Assembly: GCA_963846555.1 (NCBI GenBank)
Contig: CAWJWI010000006.1
Coordinates: 12,184 to 76,183, forward strand
From: an uncultured Microthrixaceae bacterium
Lineage (GTDB): Bacteria; Actinomycetota; Acidimicrobiia; Acidimicrobiales; VFJN01
Direction: 5' to 3'
Length of the DNA: 64,000 bases
Both the position numbers and the translations under genes were made by a program. The notes beneath the pieces were generated by a model. The model did no database searches, was not told the DNA's origin, and was given only the letters and a program-made list of their open reading frames with translations. Of the stretch, positions 21,471 through 32,124 are shown in pieces (the stretch's first letter is position 1; every line of letters starts with the position of its first letter).

Positions 21471-21917
21471 TCAGACGAGCTCAGCCACCCAGCGTCGAGC
21501 CGTTGCGATGTCGCTGAAGAACCTCTGATCGGGCTTGCCTGCCCTCAGCTCGTAATCGGCCATGCGATCCTCGTTGAAGTGCACGTTGGCGAAGCCGACG
21601 CAGCGGGCCTTGGGCTGCGAAGCGACGTCCATGTGCGGGGGCGGGTCGAAGAGGTCGATGTAGGCGGGGCGCATCCCGTGTCGAGCGAGCGCATCCGGGA
21701 TGACGGTGCGCATCGCCTTGTGGGCCTCGAGGCTGCCAGGTTCGTAGGTGCTCAGATCGAAGAGCATGGTGAATGTCGAGCCCTCTGGGAGCGCATCGAG
21801 TGAGCTCGACAGCTGGTCGACCCATGCTGCGACGTCGTCGCTCTGGACCGTTCCGAGCAGGCCGGTCTCGAGAAGGCGGTGGGTCGGGTTGAAGCTCGTG
21901 TAGTGCTGCACTGCCAT
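21471..21917 (-). CDS. Hypothetical protein (possibly STAS/SEC14-like)
   Basis: AGGAG RBS; FTMLFDLSTY..RFFSDIATARRWV; last gene of the cupin-marR unit. Confidence 0.65.
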   Translation of the reverse strand: MAVQHYTSFNPTHRLLETGLLGTVQSDDVAAWVDQLSSSLDALPEGSTFTMLFDLSTYEPGSLEAHKAMRTVIPDALARHGMRPAYIDLFDPPPHMDVASQPKARCVGFANVHFNEDRMADYELRAGKPDQRFFSDIATARRWVAELV

Positions 21918-21945
21918 CGTGTGGTCTCCTGCTTGTTGGTCCGGC

Positions 21946-22443
21946 TCATGTCTCGCTCAGCCCCCCGACCGGGCGGACGGCAGGAAGCTGGCCCCCGTGG
22001 CGAGCCTGCAGCACGGCTGTCAGATCGCCTCGGAGCACCTCGAGGGCATCGCGTCCGATGGTCTCCGCCCACTCGGACTCGAGGTCGAAGTAGATCCGTT
22101 CGACCTCGCTCAGGAGCTCCTTGCCGCGTTGGGTTATCCCGACCGGCCGCTGGCGGGCATCCTGACCGGCGGCCGTGCGCTCGACGTATCCCGCCGTCGC
22201 CATCGACGCGATGAGCTTTGAGGTGGCCTGCTTCGTCGTGCCCATGAGCGTCGCCAGCTCGGTGGAGGTGATCGTGCGATCGCGCGTGGCGAGCAGGACG
22301 AACCCGAAGGCCGGTCGGACGTCGTTCCATCCCCGTCGCACGAGGTGCTCGTGGAGCTCGTCGACCAGTGACCGCAGCGCGATCGCGAACAGCCGGGCGA
22401 GGGGCGGCTCCTGCGCCCCGCCGCCGTTGGCTACTGCGACCAC
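21946..22443 (-). CDS. MarR family regulator
   Basis: ITSTELATLMGTTKQATSKLI..DARQRPVGITQRG; start uncertain. Confidence 0.88.
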   Translation of the reverse strand: MVAVANGGGAQEPPLARLFAIALRSLVDELHEHLVRRGWNDVRPAFGFVLLATRDRTITSTELATLMGTTKQATSKLIASMATAGYVERTAAGQDARQRPVGITQRGKELLSEVERIYFDLESEWAETIGRDALEVLRGDLTAVLQARHGGQLPAVRPVGGLSET

Positions 22444-22805
22444 GGCGGGGTGAAGGTCGATCCGTCGGCCAACCGGGCCTGTCCGCCCACGGGGAGACAG
22501 CACAGAAGCTGCAGCGGCTCGGAGCCGGCGTTGCTCAGGGCGAAGAGGGTGTCGGGCGGAACGACGATCACGTCACCGGGGCGAGCCGTCGATTCGGTGC
22601 CCTCCATCGTCACCGTCGCATGGCCGGCAGTGACGACGAACAGCTCCTCGGCGGTGAGGGAGTGAGGCGTGGCCGGTGTGCCAGGAGCGATCTCCACCAT
22701 CCAGATCGAGTTGCACGTCGTGCCCGATGAGGGCGTGGCGAGCGAGGTGAACCGTGTGGTCCCGACCTCGTGGGTTGGCGACGGCGGGGCAACGATCACA
22801 GGCAT
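22431..22805 (-). CDS. Cupin domain protein
   Basis: PHSLTAEELFVV..PGDVIVVPPDTLF..FTPPWS. Confidence 0.85.
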   Translation of the reverse strand: MPVIVAPPSPTHEVGTTRFTSLATPSSGTTCNSIWMVEIAPGTPATPHSLTAEELFVVTAGHATVTMEGTESTARPGDVIVVPPDTLFALSNAGSEPLQLLCCLPVGGQARLADGSTFTPPWSQ

Positions 22806-22862
22806 TGCGACTCCAGGGTGGACGATGCGGTGTGCGCTACACCTTCGCCGATCGACCAGAGA

Positions 22863-22881
22863 TAGTCAATCTAGTTGACTA
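22863..22881. promoter_or_regulatory. Probable MarR operator
   Basis: TAGTCAA-tctag-TTGACTA upstream of the cupin-marR operon. Confidence 0.65.
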
Positions 22882-22899
22882 GATCCTCCTGGACCCCCA

Positions 22900-22950
22900 T
22901 TGACGCAGGGCAGGCTCCCTAGTTAGGGTACCAATACCCCCTAGGGGTAT
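22900..22950 (+). promoter_or_regulatory. copB promoter with CsoR/RicR-type operator
   Basis: TTGACG-N18-TAGGGT followed by ATACCCC-cta-GGGGTAT (TACCC-N5-GGGTA). Confidence 0.75.
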
Positions 22951-22970
22951 CGGGCGACCAAGGAGAAGTC

Positions 22971-25038
22971 ATGACCGCGACCGCTCACGCCACTGGCCAC
23001 TCCGAGGGCCATGACAGCCACGCCGCACACGGAGGGCATGGCGACCACGCCGCGATGTTCCGCCGGAGGTTCTGGCTCAGCCTGCTCATGACGATCCCCG
23101 TCGTCATCTACAGCCACATGCTCATGGAGCTGACGGGGTGGGACCCGCCGGGGTTCGATGGGGACCACTGGATCCCGCCCGTCCTGGGCGTCGCGGTGCT
23201 CCTCTACGGCGGCCCCGTGTTCCTGACCGCAGGGTGGGGTGAGCTCCGGAGCCGCCGCCCCGGGATGATGCTGCTGATCTCGCTCGGGCTGCTGGTCGCA
23301 TTCGGCGCCTCCGCCGCCACCACCCTCGGGTTGCTCGAGGTCGACCTGTGGCCCGAGCTGGCCACCTTGGTCACGATCATGCTGCTCGGGCACTGGCTCG
23401 AGATGCGCGCCCTCGGCCAAGCCCAGGGCGCGCTGGCCGCTCTCGCCGCGCTGCTGCCCGACGAGGCTGAGCGCGTCACCGACAGCGGCGTCGAGGCCGT
23501 GCCTCTGTCCGATCTGGCGGCGGGCGACGTCGTGCTGGTCCGGCCCGGGGGTCGGGTCCCGGCCGACGGTGAGATCCTCGAGGGCGAGGTCGAGCTCGAC
23601 GAGTCGATGGTCACCGGCGAGTCCCGCCCGGTGGCCAAGGGCCCCGGTGACCGGGTGATCGCCGGCACGGTGGGCACCGACACCTCGATCCGGGTCCGCG
23701 TCGACGCCGTCGGCGACGACACGGCCCTGGCCGGCATACAACGCCTCGTGGCCGACGCGGAGGAGTCGAAGTCCCGGGCCCAGGCCCTCGCCGACCGGGC
23801 TGCCGCCCTGCTCTTCTACGTTGCCGTCGGTGCCGGCGCGGCCACGTTCCTGACCTGGTCGCTCCTCGGCGAGACGGACCACGCGTTCGTGCGCACCGTC
23901 ACCGTGCTCGTGATCGCCTGCCCCCACGCCCTGGGCCTCGCCATCCCTCTGGTGATCAGCCTGTCCACGTCGATCGCGGCCAAGGCGGGGATCCTCGTCA
24001 AGGACCGCATGGCCCTGGAGCGGATGCGGACCATCGACACGGTCATCTTCGACAAGACAGGCACGCTCACCCAGGGCAACCACGTCGTGACCGGCATCGT
24101 CGCCCGCGATGGCATCGACGAGGACCAGATCCTGGCCCTCGCCGCCGCCGTCGAGGCCGACTCGGAGCACCCGCTCGCCCGAGCCATCGTCAGCGCCGCG
24201 GCCGACAGCGCCACGAAGGCGACGGCGACTGGCTTCCGATCCATCCCCGGCCGCGGGGTCGAAGCCACGGTGGACGGCGCCAGCGTCGCCGTCGGTGGGC
24301 CCGCGCTGCTGCGCGAGCGCGACGTCAGCGAGCCCGACGCCATCCGCACGAGAGCAGAGGAGTGGAGAGGCCGCGGCGCGGCTGTGCTCTACGTCCTCCG
24401 CGACGACCAGATCGTCGGTGCCCTCACCCTCGAAGACGCCGTCCGCCCCGAATCGCGCCAGGCCGTCGACGAGCTGCACGCGCTCGGGCGTGCGGGTCGT
24501 GATGATCACTGGTGACGCGCAGCAGGTGGCCGATGCCGTCGGCGCCGAGCTCGGGATCGACGAGGTGTTCGCGGAGGTCCTGCCCGAGGCCAAGGACCGC
24601 GCCGTGACCGACCTCCAGGCTCGTGGCCTCAAGGTGGCTATGGTCGGCGACGGTGTCAACGACGCTCCCGCCCTGGCCCGCGCCGATGTCGGGATCGCCA
24701 TCGGTGCCGGGACCGACGTGGCGATCGAGTCTGCGGGCGTGGTCCTCGCGTCATCGGACCCACGATCTGTGATCGGCGTCATCAGGCTGTCGAGGGCGAG
24801 CTACCGCAAGATGCTGCAGAACCTGGTCTGGGGGGCGGGCTACAACCTCGCCGCCATCCCCCTGGCCGCCGGCTCGCTCGCCTTCGCCGGGATCACCCTG
24901 TCGCCAGCCGCCGGAGCCATCCTGATGAGCGCCTCCACTGTCGTGGTGGCCCTGAACGCTCAGCTCCTCCGGGGCCTCGACCTGCGCGCGGCCGACCCTG
25001 AGGACCCCAGCCCCATGCCCTCCGCCATGGCGACCTGA
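22971..25038 (+). CDS. copB: P1B-type copper-exporting ATPase; frameshift near 24488
   Basis: His-rich N-terminus, [35 protein letters not shown]. Confidence 0.9.
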
Positions 25039-25658
25039 TGCCGACGCCTCGATCCCGCATCGAGCTGCTGGCCACGATCGTCCTGTCCGGGGCGACGATC
25101 CTCACGGCATGGAGCGGGTTCCAGAGCGCGAAGTGGAGCGGGATCCAGGCGCGCTCCTTCAGCGAGGCAGCCGCAACTCGGTCCGAGTCAGTTCGGGCAT
25201 CGACCGCCGCCGGGCAGCAGGCCGTCGTCGACGCCAGCGTCTTCACCTCGTGGCTGACTGCTCACGAGCAGGGCGACGACCGGGTGGCTGGCTTGATCGC
25301 AAGTCGCTTCCGCGACGAGTTCGCGGTGGCCTTCGACGAGTGGCTTTCCATGGATCCGCTGACCGACCCCGACGCTCCCCCCACCCCCTTCGCCCTCCCC
25401 AGCTACCAGCTAGAGGCGGTCCGGCAGGCCGAGGAGCTGGGGGCGGAGGCGTCGACGGCGTTCGGGGACGCCTTGAGCGCCAACCAGAGGTCGGACAACT
25501 ACGTCCTCATGACCGTGATGACCGCCGGCGTGCTCTTCCTCGCCGCGATCAGCACCCGCCTCGACGCGCTGCGCCTCCAGTGGGTGGTCCTGGCCACCGC
25601 CACCACCGGGTTGCTGGCCCTGGCGCTGGTCACCGCCACCTTCCCCATGGAGATCTGA
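25038..25658 (+). CDS. Conserved membrane protein
   Basis: TGATG coupling; LTAWSGFQSAKWSG, three hydrophobic segments. Confidence 0.8.
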   Translation: MPTPRSRIELLATIVLSGATILTAWSGFQSAKWSGIQARSFSEAAATRSESVRASTAAGQQAVVDASVFTSWLTAHEQGDDRVAGLIASRFRDEFAVAFDEWLSMDPLTDPDAPPTPFALPSYQLEAVRQAEELGAEASTAFGDALSANQRSDNYVLMTVMTAGVLFLAAISTRLDALRLQWVVLATATTGLLALALVTATFPMEI

Positions 25659-25700
25659 GGGGCGCTCGGCCCGAGCGCGGCTCAGTAGCCTGCCCCGTCC

Positions 25701-28566
25701 ATGGGGACCAAGAGGACAGCTGTCGTGGTCGCGCTCGTGGCTGCGATGGGGCTGGCCACGCTGACTCCGGCATCGGGCCGGGCCGAGTCGCCCTGGCCCA
25801 CCAGCGAGGAGCTCCTGGCCCGTGACGACGCGGCGCTGCACGGAACCATCACGCCTCCGGGCACTCCTCTGGTCGAGAAGCGGGCCGAGCTCGAGGCCTA
25901 CGACCAGCTCGTGCAGGGCTATCCGACCCTCACCGAGGCGGAGATCACCGACCGCTACTTCAAGGACGGGAGCTTCGACGTCCCCACCGAGGTGAGCCGC
26001 GAGTACTTCCCCCGGGCCGACGTGAAGGTTCTTCGGGATGCTCGATGGGGGGTCCCTCACGTCTACGGCGTCGACGACGGCGCCGCGGCCTATGGCGCCG
26101 GCTACGTGGCGGTGGAGGACCGGCTGCCGATCATCGTGCTGCTCATCGCCCTCGGGAGAGCGGAGGCCTTCGAGCTGCTCGGCGACAACGCATCGTGGCT
26201 GGCCGACGCCGAGATCGCCCGCATCTACGGGTACACCGAGGACGAGCTCCAGGGGATGATCGATCGCATCCCCGTCGAGTACGGCCAGACCGGCCAAGAC
26301 CTCGTCGATCTCCTCTCCGAGCTCACCCAGGGCATGAACGCGGCGGTGGTCGACATGCGCAGCGGCTTGCTGCCCGTACCCCCTGCCTTCGGTGACCTGG
26401 GCTTCGACCTCCCCGCTCCGTTCCGCACCACCGACATCGTGGCCATCGTGTCGATCGTCAGGGCTCTCTTCGGCGCCGGTGGTGGAGGTGAGCTCGGGAA
26501 CGCCGCTCGATTCCTCCAGGACGTGGCCGACTTCGGCACCGAGCAGGGCGAAGCCGTCTACGAAGACTTCCGCAACCGCTTCAGCAACGACGGTCCGGTT
26601 CACACCACCGGCTCGTTCCCCTACGGGATCCCGCAGCCCGACATGGTCGACCCGGCCGCCATGGTGTTCGGCTTCGGGGCGGGCGCCACCGGTGTCGAGG
26701 GGATCCTGAAGGGGATCACCGACCTGTTCCCCGGTGGTCTCGCCCAAGCCGCAGCTCAGGCCACCGACCTGGCCGACCAGAGTCGGGTCAAGACCGAGAA
26801 CCTGGTGCTCGACACCCCCCTCGGCACCATCGATCTGTCCCGCCCCAACTCGATGAGCAACTACCTGGCGGTGGACGGCACCCTCAGCTCCACCGGGCAC
26901 CCGATCCTGCTCGGTGGGCCCCAGGCCGGCTACTTCGACCCGCAGATCCTCTCCGAGAACGAGATCCACGGAGACCGTCTGCATGCCAGGGGCGCCACCT
27001 TCCCCGGCTTCGGGCTGGTGATCGTGGGCCGCACCTTCGACTCGGCCTGGTCACCCACGGCCGGGGGCAGCGACATGATCGACACCTATGTGGAGAAGCT
27101 CTGCGAACCGGCCGGCGGCGCGGCTACCGAGCAGTCTCGTCACTACCTGTTCGAGGGCCGGTGCGTGGAGATGGACCGCCGCACCATCCGCACGGTCGCC
27201 GACTCGGTGCCGGTCGACCTCCCCGGTCGGGAACTGCTGCCCGGACATCATCGTGGAGCGCACCGTCCACGGGCCCGTCGTGGCACGGGGCATGGTGGGC
27301 GACATCCCGGTGGCGGTCAGCCGCAAGCGCTCCACCTATCTGAAGGAGCTCGACCCGGGAGTGTCGATCCTCAAGCTGAACCGCAACGAGGTGCGAGACC
27401 CTCAGGGCTTCGTCGACACGTTCGAGGAGTCCCACAACCTCTCCACCAACTGGGTGTGGATCGACGAGGACGACCTCGCCTACGTGCACGGGGGCCTCTA
27501 CCCGATCCGGCCCGAGGAGGTGCACCCTGACTTCCCTGTGTGGGGCACCGGGGAGTGGGAGTGGGCGCGCGACAGCCACGGCAAGGACCGCTTCCTCGCC
27601 GTTCACCCGCATGCCATCAACCCCGACCGACACTTCGAGGTGTCCTGGAACAACCGCCCTGCTCCGGACTGGGCCGCATCCGACGCCAACTGGGGCCACT
27701 CGGCCCAGTACCGGGCCAACCTCCTGGAGGACCAGATCCGTCGCCAGGCACCGGGCACGGTGAGCCCGGTGAGGATGGTCCAGATGATGGAGCAGGCCGG
27801 GCTGTCCGATCTGCGGGGAACCAACGTCCTGCCCCTGGCCCTACGAGTCCTGGAGGCTGGGCCGGCGCCCAGCCCGGCGGCCGCGGCTGCTCGCGATGCG
27901 CTGGCCGCGTGGGTCGCCCAGGGCGCGCTGCGCCGCGACGGCGACAGCGACGGCGACTACGACCAGGCCGCGGCCATCGGCATCATGGACGCCTGGTGGG
28001 AGCCGATGATCCGCTCCATCTACGACCCCGCGCTGGGCGACGTGGCCAGCCGGTCGGCTCAGGGCTTCCACAACGCGCCGGGCTCGACGGGAAGCGCCTT
28101 CCAGGGCGGCTTCTACGGTCAGGTGTGGACCGATCTCTCGATGGTCCTCGGCGACCCCGTGGCGTCCCCCACCTCACAGGTGTTCTGCGGCTCCAGCGCC
28201 GTCGGCGTCGACGGCACCCTCGCGGCCTGCTCCGCCCGGCTCTGGGCGTCGCTGGCTGGGTCGGCCGGCGCCGATCCGGCCGATGCCCAGGCCGAGCGCA
28301 TCCTGTTCCTGCCCACGGTGGCCTTGTCGATGCAGTGGGTCAACCGTCCCACCACCCAGCACATCGCCATGTTCGGTCGCCTCGACCCGGTGGGCGCTCC
28401 GTCGACGGTCACACCCGACCCGGCCCATCCCGCACCGACGGGCGCAGGTCGCCTGCCCGCGACGGGCGGGGCGGCCAGGTGGCCCATGGCGGCCGGCCTG
28501 GCCGCGATGGCTGCTGCCCTCTCGCTCCTCGCTCACGGGAAGCGGCGGGCGATCTCTCGCGGCTGA
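25701..28566 (+). CDS. Secreted penicillin acylase family (Ntn) hydrolase with LPATG tail; frameshift near 27241
   Basis: Signal peptide; RDARWGVPHVYG, MSNYLAV (catalytic Ser), RTVHGPV, SWNN; LPATG-hydrophobic-KRR end. Confidence 0.85.
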
Positions 28567-28575
28567 GGCGCTAGG

Positions 28576-29397
28576 TCAGTCCTCGAACGCCGGAGGGCGG
28601 CCTTCCTTGCGGGCTCGCACCGCCTCTTCGAAGTTCTTCGTCGTCAGCCGGATGAACAGCTGGGTGTGGGTCTCCATCTCGATGGCGGCCCGGAGGCTGC
28701 CCATCTCGAGACCGGCCCACATCGTGCGCTTGGTGAGGGCCGTGCCCTGCGTGCTCCACCCGTTGATCTGGTCGGCTAGGTCCAGCGCCTCGTCGAGCAG
28801 CGACTCGTCGGGGACGACGCGGGACACCAGCCCCATCGCGGCGGCCTCGTGGGCGTCGACGTCGCGACCGGACAACATGATCTCGAAGGCCCGCGAGGAG
28901 CCGATCGCCCTCGGGAGCAGGAAGCTCAGCCCTAGCTCCGTGGCGGTGAGGCCGTTGTTGATGCCGGCGGCGCGGAAGTAGGCGGACTCGCCTGCCAGTC
29001 GGATGTCGGCGCCGAGCGTGAGGCACATCCCACCGCCGATGGCCGCGCCGTTGATGGCGCAGATCACGGGTTGGGGCATGCGCTGCATCGCCGGCACCAG
29101 ATCGGCGAGCACCGACATCGCCTTGGTGGCGATGCGGGTGAGCGTCATGCCCTCGATGTTCGGAGGCGCGCCGCCGTCGGCGCTTGTGTCGGCCCCTGAG
29201 CAGAACCCGCGGCCAGTGCCGGTGAGCACCACGCAGGTGGTGTCGTTGTCCGCTGCGACCTGCTCGAAGGCCTCATGGAGCGGCACCATCAGCTGGAACG
29301 CCATCGAGTTCATGCGCTCGGGCCGGTTCAGTGTGATCACGGTCGTGTGGGGCCGAGGCTTGTCGACGAGCACGGGGGAGCTGGGGTCGGCGCTCAT
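28576..29397 (-). CDS. Enoyl-CoA hydratase/isomerase
   Basis: LNRPERMN, GRGFCSGAD, AINGAAIGGG. Confidence 0.92.
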   Translation of the reverse strand: MSADPSSPVLVDKPRPHTTVITLNRPERMNSMAFQLMVPLHEAFEQVAADNDTTCVVLTGTGRGFCSGADTSADGGAPPNIEGMTLTRIATKAMSVLADLVPAMQRMPQPVICAINGAAIGGGMCLTLGADIRLAGESAYFRAAGINNGLTATELGLSFLLPRAIGSSRAFEIMLSGRDVDAHEAAAMGLVSRVVPDESLLDEALDLADQINGWSTQGTALTKRTMWAGLEMGSLRAAIEMETHTQLFIRLTTKNFEEAVRARKEGRPPAFED

Positions 29398-29451
29398 TGT
29401 GAGGCAGACTAATCGATCTGTCCCACAGCGCCCTCGACGGGGCTGACCGCC

Positions 29452-29748
29452 TCAGCCCGGCGGCGATGGAGCGCAGGCGAGCTGGCCCTTCTCGGCTCGA
29501 CGAACCAGCAGCAGGCCCCGAGCTGTGCCGGCGATCCAGGCGCTCGCGATGACCAGCCCGGCCAGGAGCGTGTTCTCTCGAAGGAGAGCTCCGATGGCCG
29601 TGCCACCCAGCACGCCACCGAGGATGGCCAACGTGAGGGGAAGGTGGCAGGGGCAGGCCAGGAAGGAGGCGATCAGCCAGCGCCGACCCCGGCGCTCGAG
29701 GTGCGCAGGGTCGAGCTGGATCAGGCCCTCAGGCGCCTTGGTCTGCAT
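29452..29748 (-). CDS. MerE-like small membrane protein
   Basis: FLACPCHLPLTLAILGGVLGGTAIG, two TM helices; start uncertain. Confidence 0.7.
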   Translation of the reverse strand: MQTKAPEGLIQLDPAHLERRGRRWLIASFLACPCHLPLTLAILGGVLGGTAIGALLRENTLLAGLVIASAWIAGTARGLLLVRRAEKGQLACAPSPPG

Positions 29749-30106
29749 GCTGGTGCTCGGCCACCTTGGCTCGGACATCGTCCATGTCGAGGGCTCGCAC
29801 CTGACCGATGAGGTCCTCGAGGGCGGCGGCCGGAAGGGCGCCCGGCTGTGCGAACACCAAGATTCCGTCCCGGAACACCATCAGGGTCGGGATCGACATG
29901 ATCTCGGCGGCGGCGGACAGGCCCCGCTCGGCTTCGGTGTCGACCTTGGCGAAGGTGAGGTCGCCGTGGGTGGCCGATGCCTCCTCGAACACCGGGGCGA
30001 AGCTGCGGCAAGGTCCGCACCAGCTGGCCCACCAGTCGACGAGGACGATGCCGTCCTTCTTCACGGTGTCGTCGAAGGTGGACTCGGTGAGGTTGATGGT
30101 GGCCAT
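29729..30106 (-). CDS. Thioredoxin
   Basis: WCGPC active site, SIPTLMVF, GAGGAG RBS. Confidence 0.95.
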   Translation of the reverse strand: MATINLTESTFDDTVKKDGIVLVDWWASWCGPCRSFAPVFEEASATHGDLTFAKVDTEAERGLSAAAEIMSIPTLMVFRDGILVFAQPGALPAAALEDLIGQVRALDMDDVRAKVAEHQHADQGA

Positions 30107-30153
30107 GGAGATCGCTCCTCGGTCGGGGAGAGGTACAGCTATTAGAACAATGC

Positions 30154-30167
30154 TACCCCTGGGGGTA
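30154..30167. promoter_or_regulatory. CsoR/CstR-family operator upstream of thioredoxin
   Basis: TACCCCTGGGGGTA, 13/14 identical to the site at 37248. Confidence 0.7.
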
Positions 30168-30228
30168 TTCCGAGGATGCCCGGGCGGGGGCTTTGCGGTC
30201 GGTCGACCTGTGAGGCAGGCTAGCGAAT

Positions 30229-30819
30229 GTGTCCCACAAGGGTTGGCGCCGTCATGCCGATGCAGGGAACGCCGTAGACGAGCTCCTCGACGCGGCGGGC
30301 CAGGCGTTCGCGGCGTTCGGGGTGGGTAAGGCGACGATGATCGACGTGGCCCGGTACGCCAGCTGCTCTCGAGCCACGCTCTACCGGTACTTCCCCAACC
30401 AGGACGCCCTGCACCACGCCTTCGTGCACAGGGCCACCCTCCGGATCGCGGCCCAGCTCGCCGGCGAGCGCAGCGATGGGCAGCCGGACACCCTGGCCGA
30501 CCGCATCCTCGGGGGCATCGCCGCCGTGCGGTCCGACCCGCTGCTGTCGGTCTGGTTCGAGCCCGAGAACATGGCGGTCCCGATCCGGGTCAGCCAGAGC
30601 TCCGAGCTGCTCCGGACGATGTCGCTCGGCGCTCTCGACGAGATGGACCAGAGCCCTGAGGCCCGCGAGGGGCTCGAGCTGCGGGCCGGGTGGCTCCTCC
30701 GTTCGATCGTGTCGCTGCTGGCGATGCCCGGCAACGACGACGCGGCAGAGCGTGCGATGGTCGAGTCCTTCTTGGTCCCGTCGCTCGTGGGATCCGATCC
30801 AGAGAGGCAACCCTCATGA
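30229..30819 (+). CDS. TetR family regulator
   Basis: ATMIDVARYASCSRATLYRYFPN. Confidence 0.9.
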   Translation: MSHKGWRRHADAGNAVDELLDAAGQAFAAFGVGKATMIDVARYASCSRATLYRYFPNQDALHHAFVHRATLRIAAQLAGERSDGQPDTLADRILGGIAAVRSDPLLSVWFEPENMAVPIRVSQSSELLRTMSLGALDEMDQSPEAREGLELRAGWLLRSIVSLLAMPGNDDAAERAMVESFLVPSLVGSDPERQPS

Positions 30820-32072
30820 CCAGCTCGGACGGAACGAGACCTGAGCCGCGCGCTGGTCTGGCCGACATCGATCTCACCGACGCGTCGGTGTGGGAGCGCG
30901 CGGCGCCCCACGAGTGGCTCGATCGGCTGCGCACCGAGGCCCCGGTGCACTGGCACGAGGAGCCCGACGGTCCGGGCTTCTGGGCGCTGACGAGGCACGA
31001 GGACGTGCGTCGGGTGTCGACGTCGCCGGCCGAGTTCTCGAGCTACGTCGGGGGACCGCTGCGGCTGGATCCGATCGACGGCTCGCTCGAGCAGCTGCGC
31101 ATGGTGATCATCGGGATGGATCCGCCCGACCACCGGACCTTCCGCTCGATCGTCTCCAAGGCGTTCACCCCGAAGATGATGGCCAAGCTCGACCAGTCGT
31201 TGCGCGCCGAGACGGCCCGGGTGGTCGGGGAGCTGCGGGAAGGGTCTCGTTGTGACTTCGTCACCGACGTCGCGGCGCGCATCCCGATGTGGTCGATAAG
31301 CGAGCTCATGGGTGTCCCCGATGCCGACCGGCAACGGTTGTACGAGCTCAGCCATGCGCTGATCGACGACCAGGACCCGGAGGTGGCGCCGACCCCGGAG
31401 ACCTCGTTGGTGGCCTCGGCCGAGATCTTCGGCTACGCCACCGATCTGGCGGCTCGGGATCGAGCCAACCCCACCGGCAGCCTCACCACCACGCTCCTCC
31501 AGGCCGAGGTCGACGGCCGCGGCCTGACCGACCTGGAGTACACCCTCTTCTTCATATTCCTCATCGTGGCGGGCAACGAGACGACGCGCACGGCGACCTC
31601 GCACGGGCTGCTCACGCTGCTCGATCACCCCGAGGCCCTGGCTCGGGTGACCCAGGACGCCAGCCTCATCCCGGGTGCAGTCGAAGAGATCCTCCGCTGG
31701 GAGCCGCCGATCCATCACTTCCGTCGAACGGCCACGACCGACCTCGTCCTCGGGGACCAGCCGATCTCGGCAGGCGACAAGGTGCTGATGTGGTACGCCG
31801 GGTCCAACCGCGACCCAGCCGTCTTCGACGACCCGCACACGTTCCAGATCGATCGGTCGCCGAACCCGCATCAGTCGTTCGGGATCGGCGAGCACTTCTG
31901 CCTCGGTGCGAACCTGGCCCGGCTGTCGCTCCGGGTCCTCTTCACCGAGCTGTTGGCGACGATCGAGAACGTCGCGCTGGAGGCCCCACCTCGGCGCCTC
32001 CACTCGAACCTGATCAACGGCATCAAGGAGATGCGGATCAGCTACGACGTGCGCCCCGCCGCACGACGCTAG
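30816..32072 (+). CDS. Cytochrome P450 (CYP125/142-like clan)
   Basis: AGNETT, EEILRW, FGIGEHFCLG; ATGA coupling to tetR. Confidence 0.95.
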   Translation: MTSSDGTRPEPRAGLADIDLTDASVWERAAPHEWLDRLRTEAPVHWHEEPDGPGFWALTRHEDVRRVSTSPAEFSSYVGGPLRLDPIDGSLEQLRMVIIGMDPPDHRTFRSIVSKAFTPKMMAKLDQSLRAETARVVGELREGSRCDFVTDVAARIPMWSISELMGVPDADRQRLYELSHALIDDQDPEVAPTPETSLVASAEIFGYATDLAARDRANPTGSLTTTLLQAEVDGRGLTDLEYTLFFIFLIVAGNETTRTATSHGLLTLLDHPEALARVTQDASLIPGAVEEILRWEPPIHHFRRTATTDLVLGDQPISAGDKVLMWYAGSNRDPAVFDDPHTFQIDRSPNPHQSFGIGEHFCLGANLARLSLRVLFTELLATIENVALEAPPRRLHSNLINGIKEMRISYDVRPAARR

Positions 32073-32124
32073 GGACCACTGCGCTCGCTCTGCTCGCTGA
32101 GAGGGTCGACGGTGCCTCGATCGC

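Noticed and set aside
29418..30239. Reverse-orientation matches to the array arm (CTGTCCCACAG at 29418, GTGTCCCACAA at 30229) flanking trx-merE
   Set aside because: The 6-bp core is poor or absent and the second match is the tetR start codon region; chance cannot be excluded.
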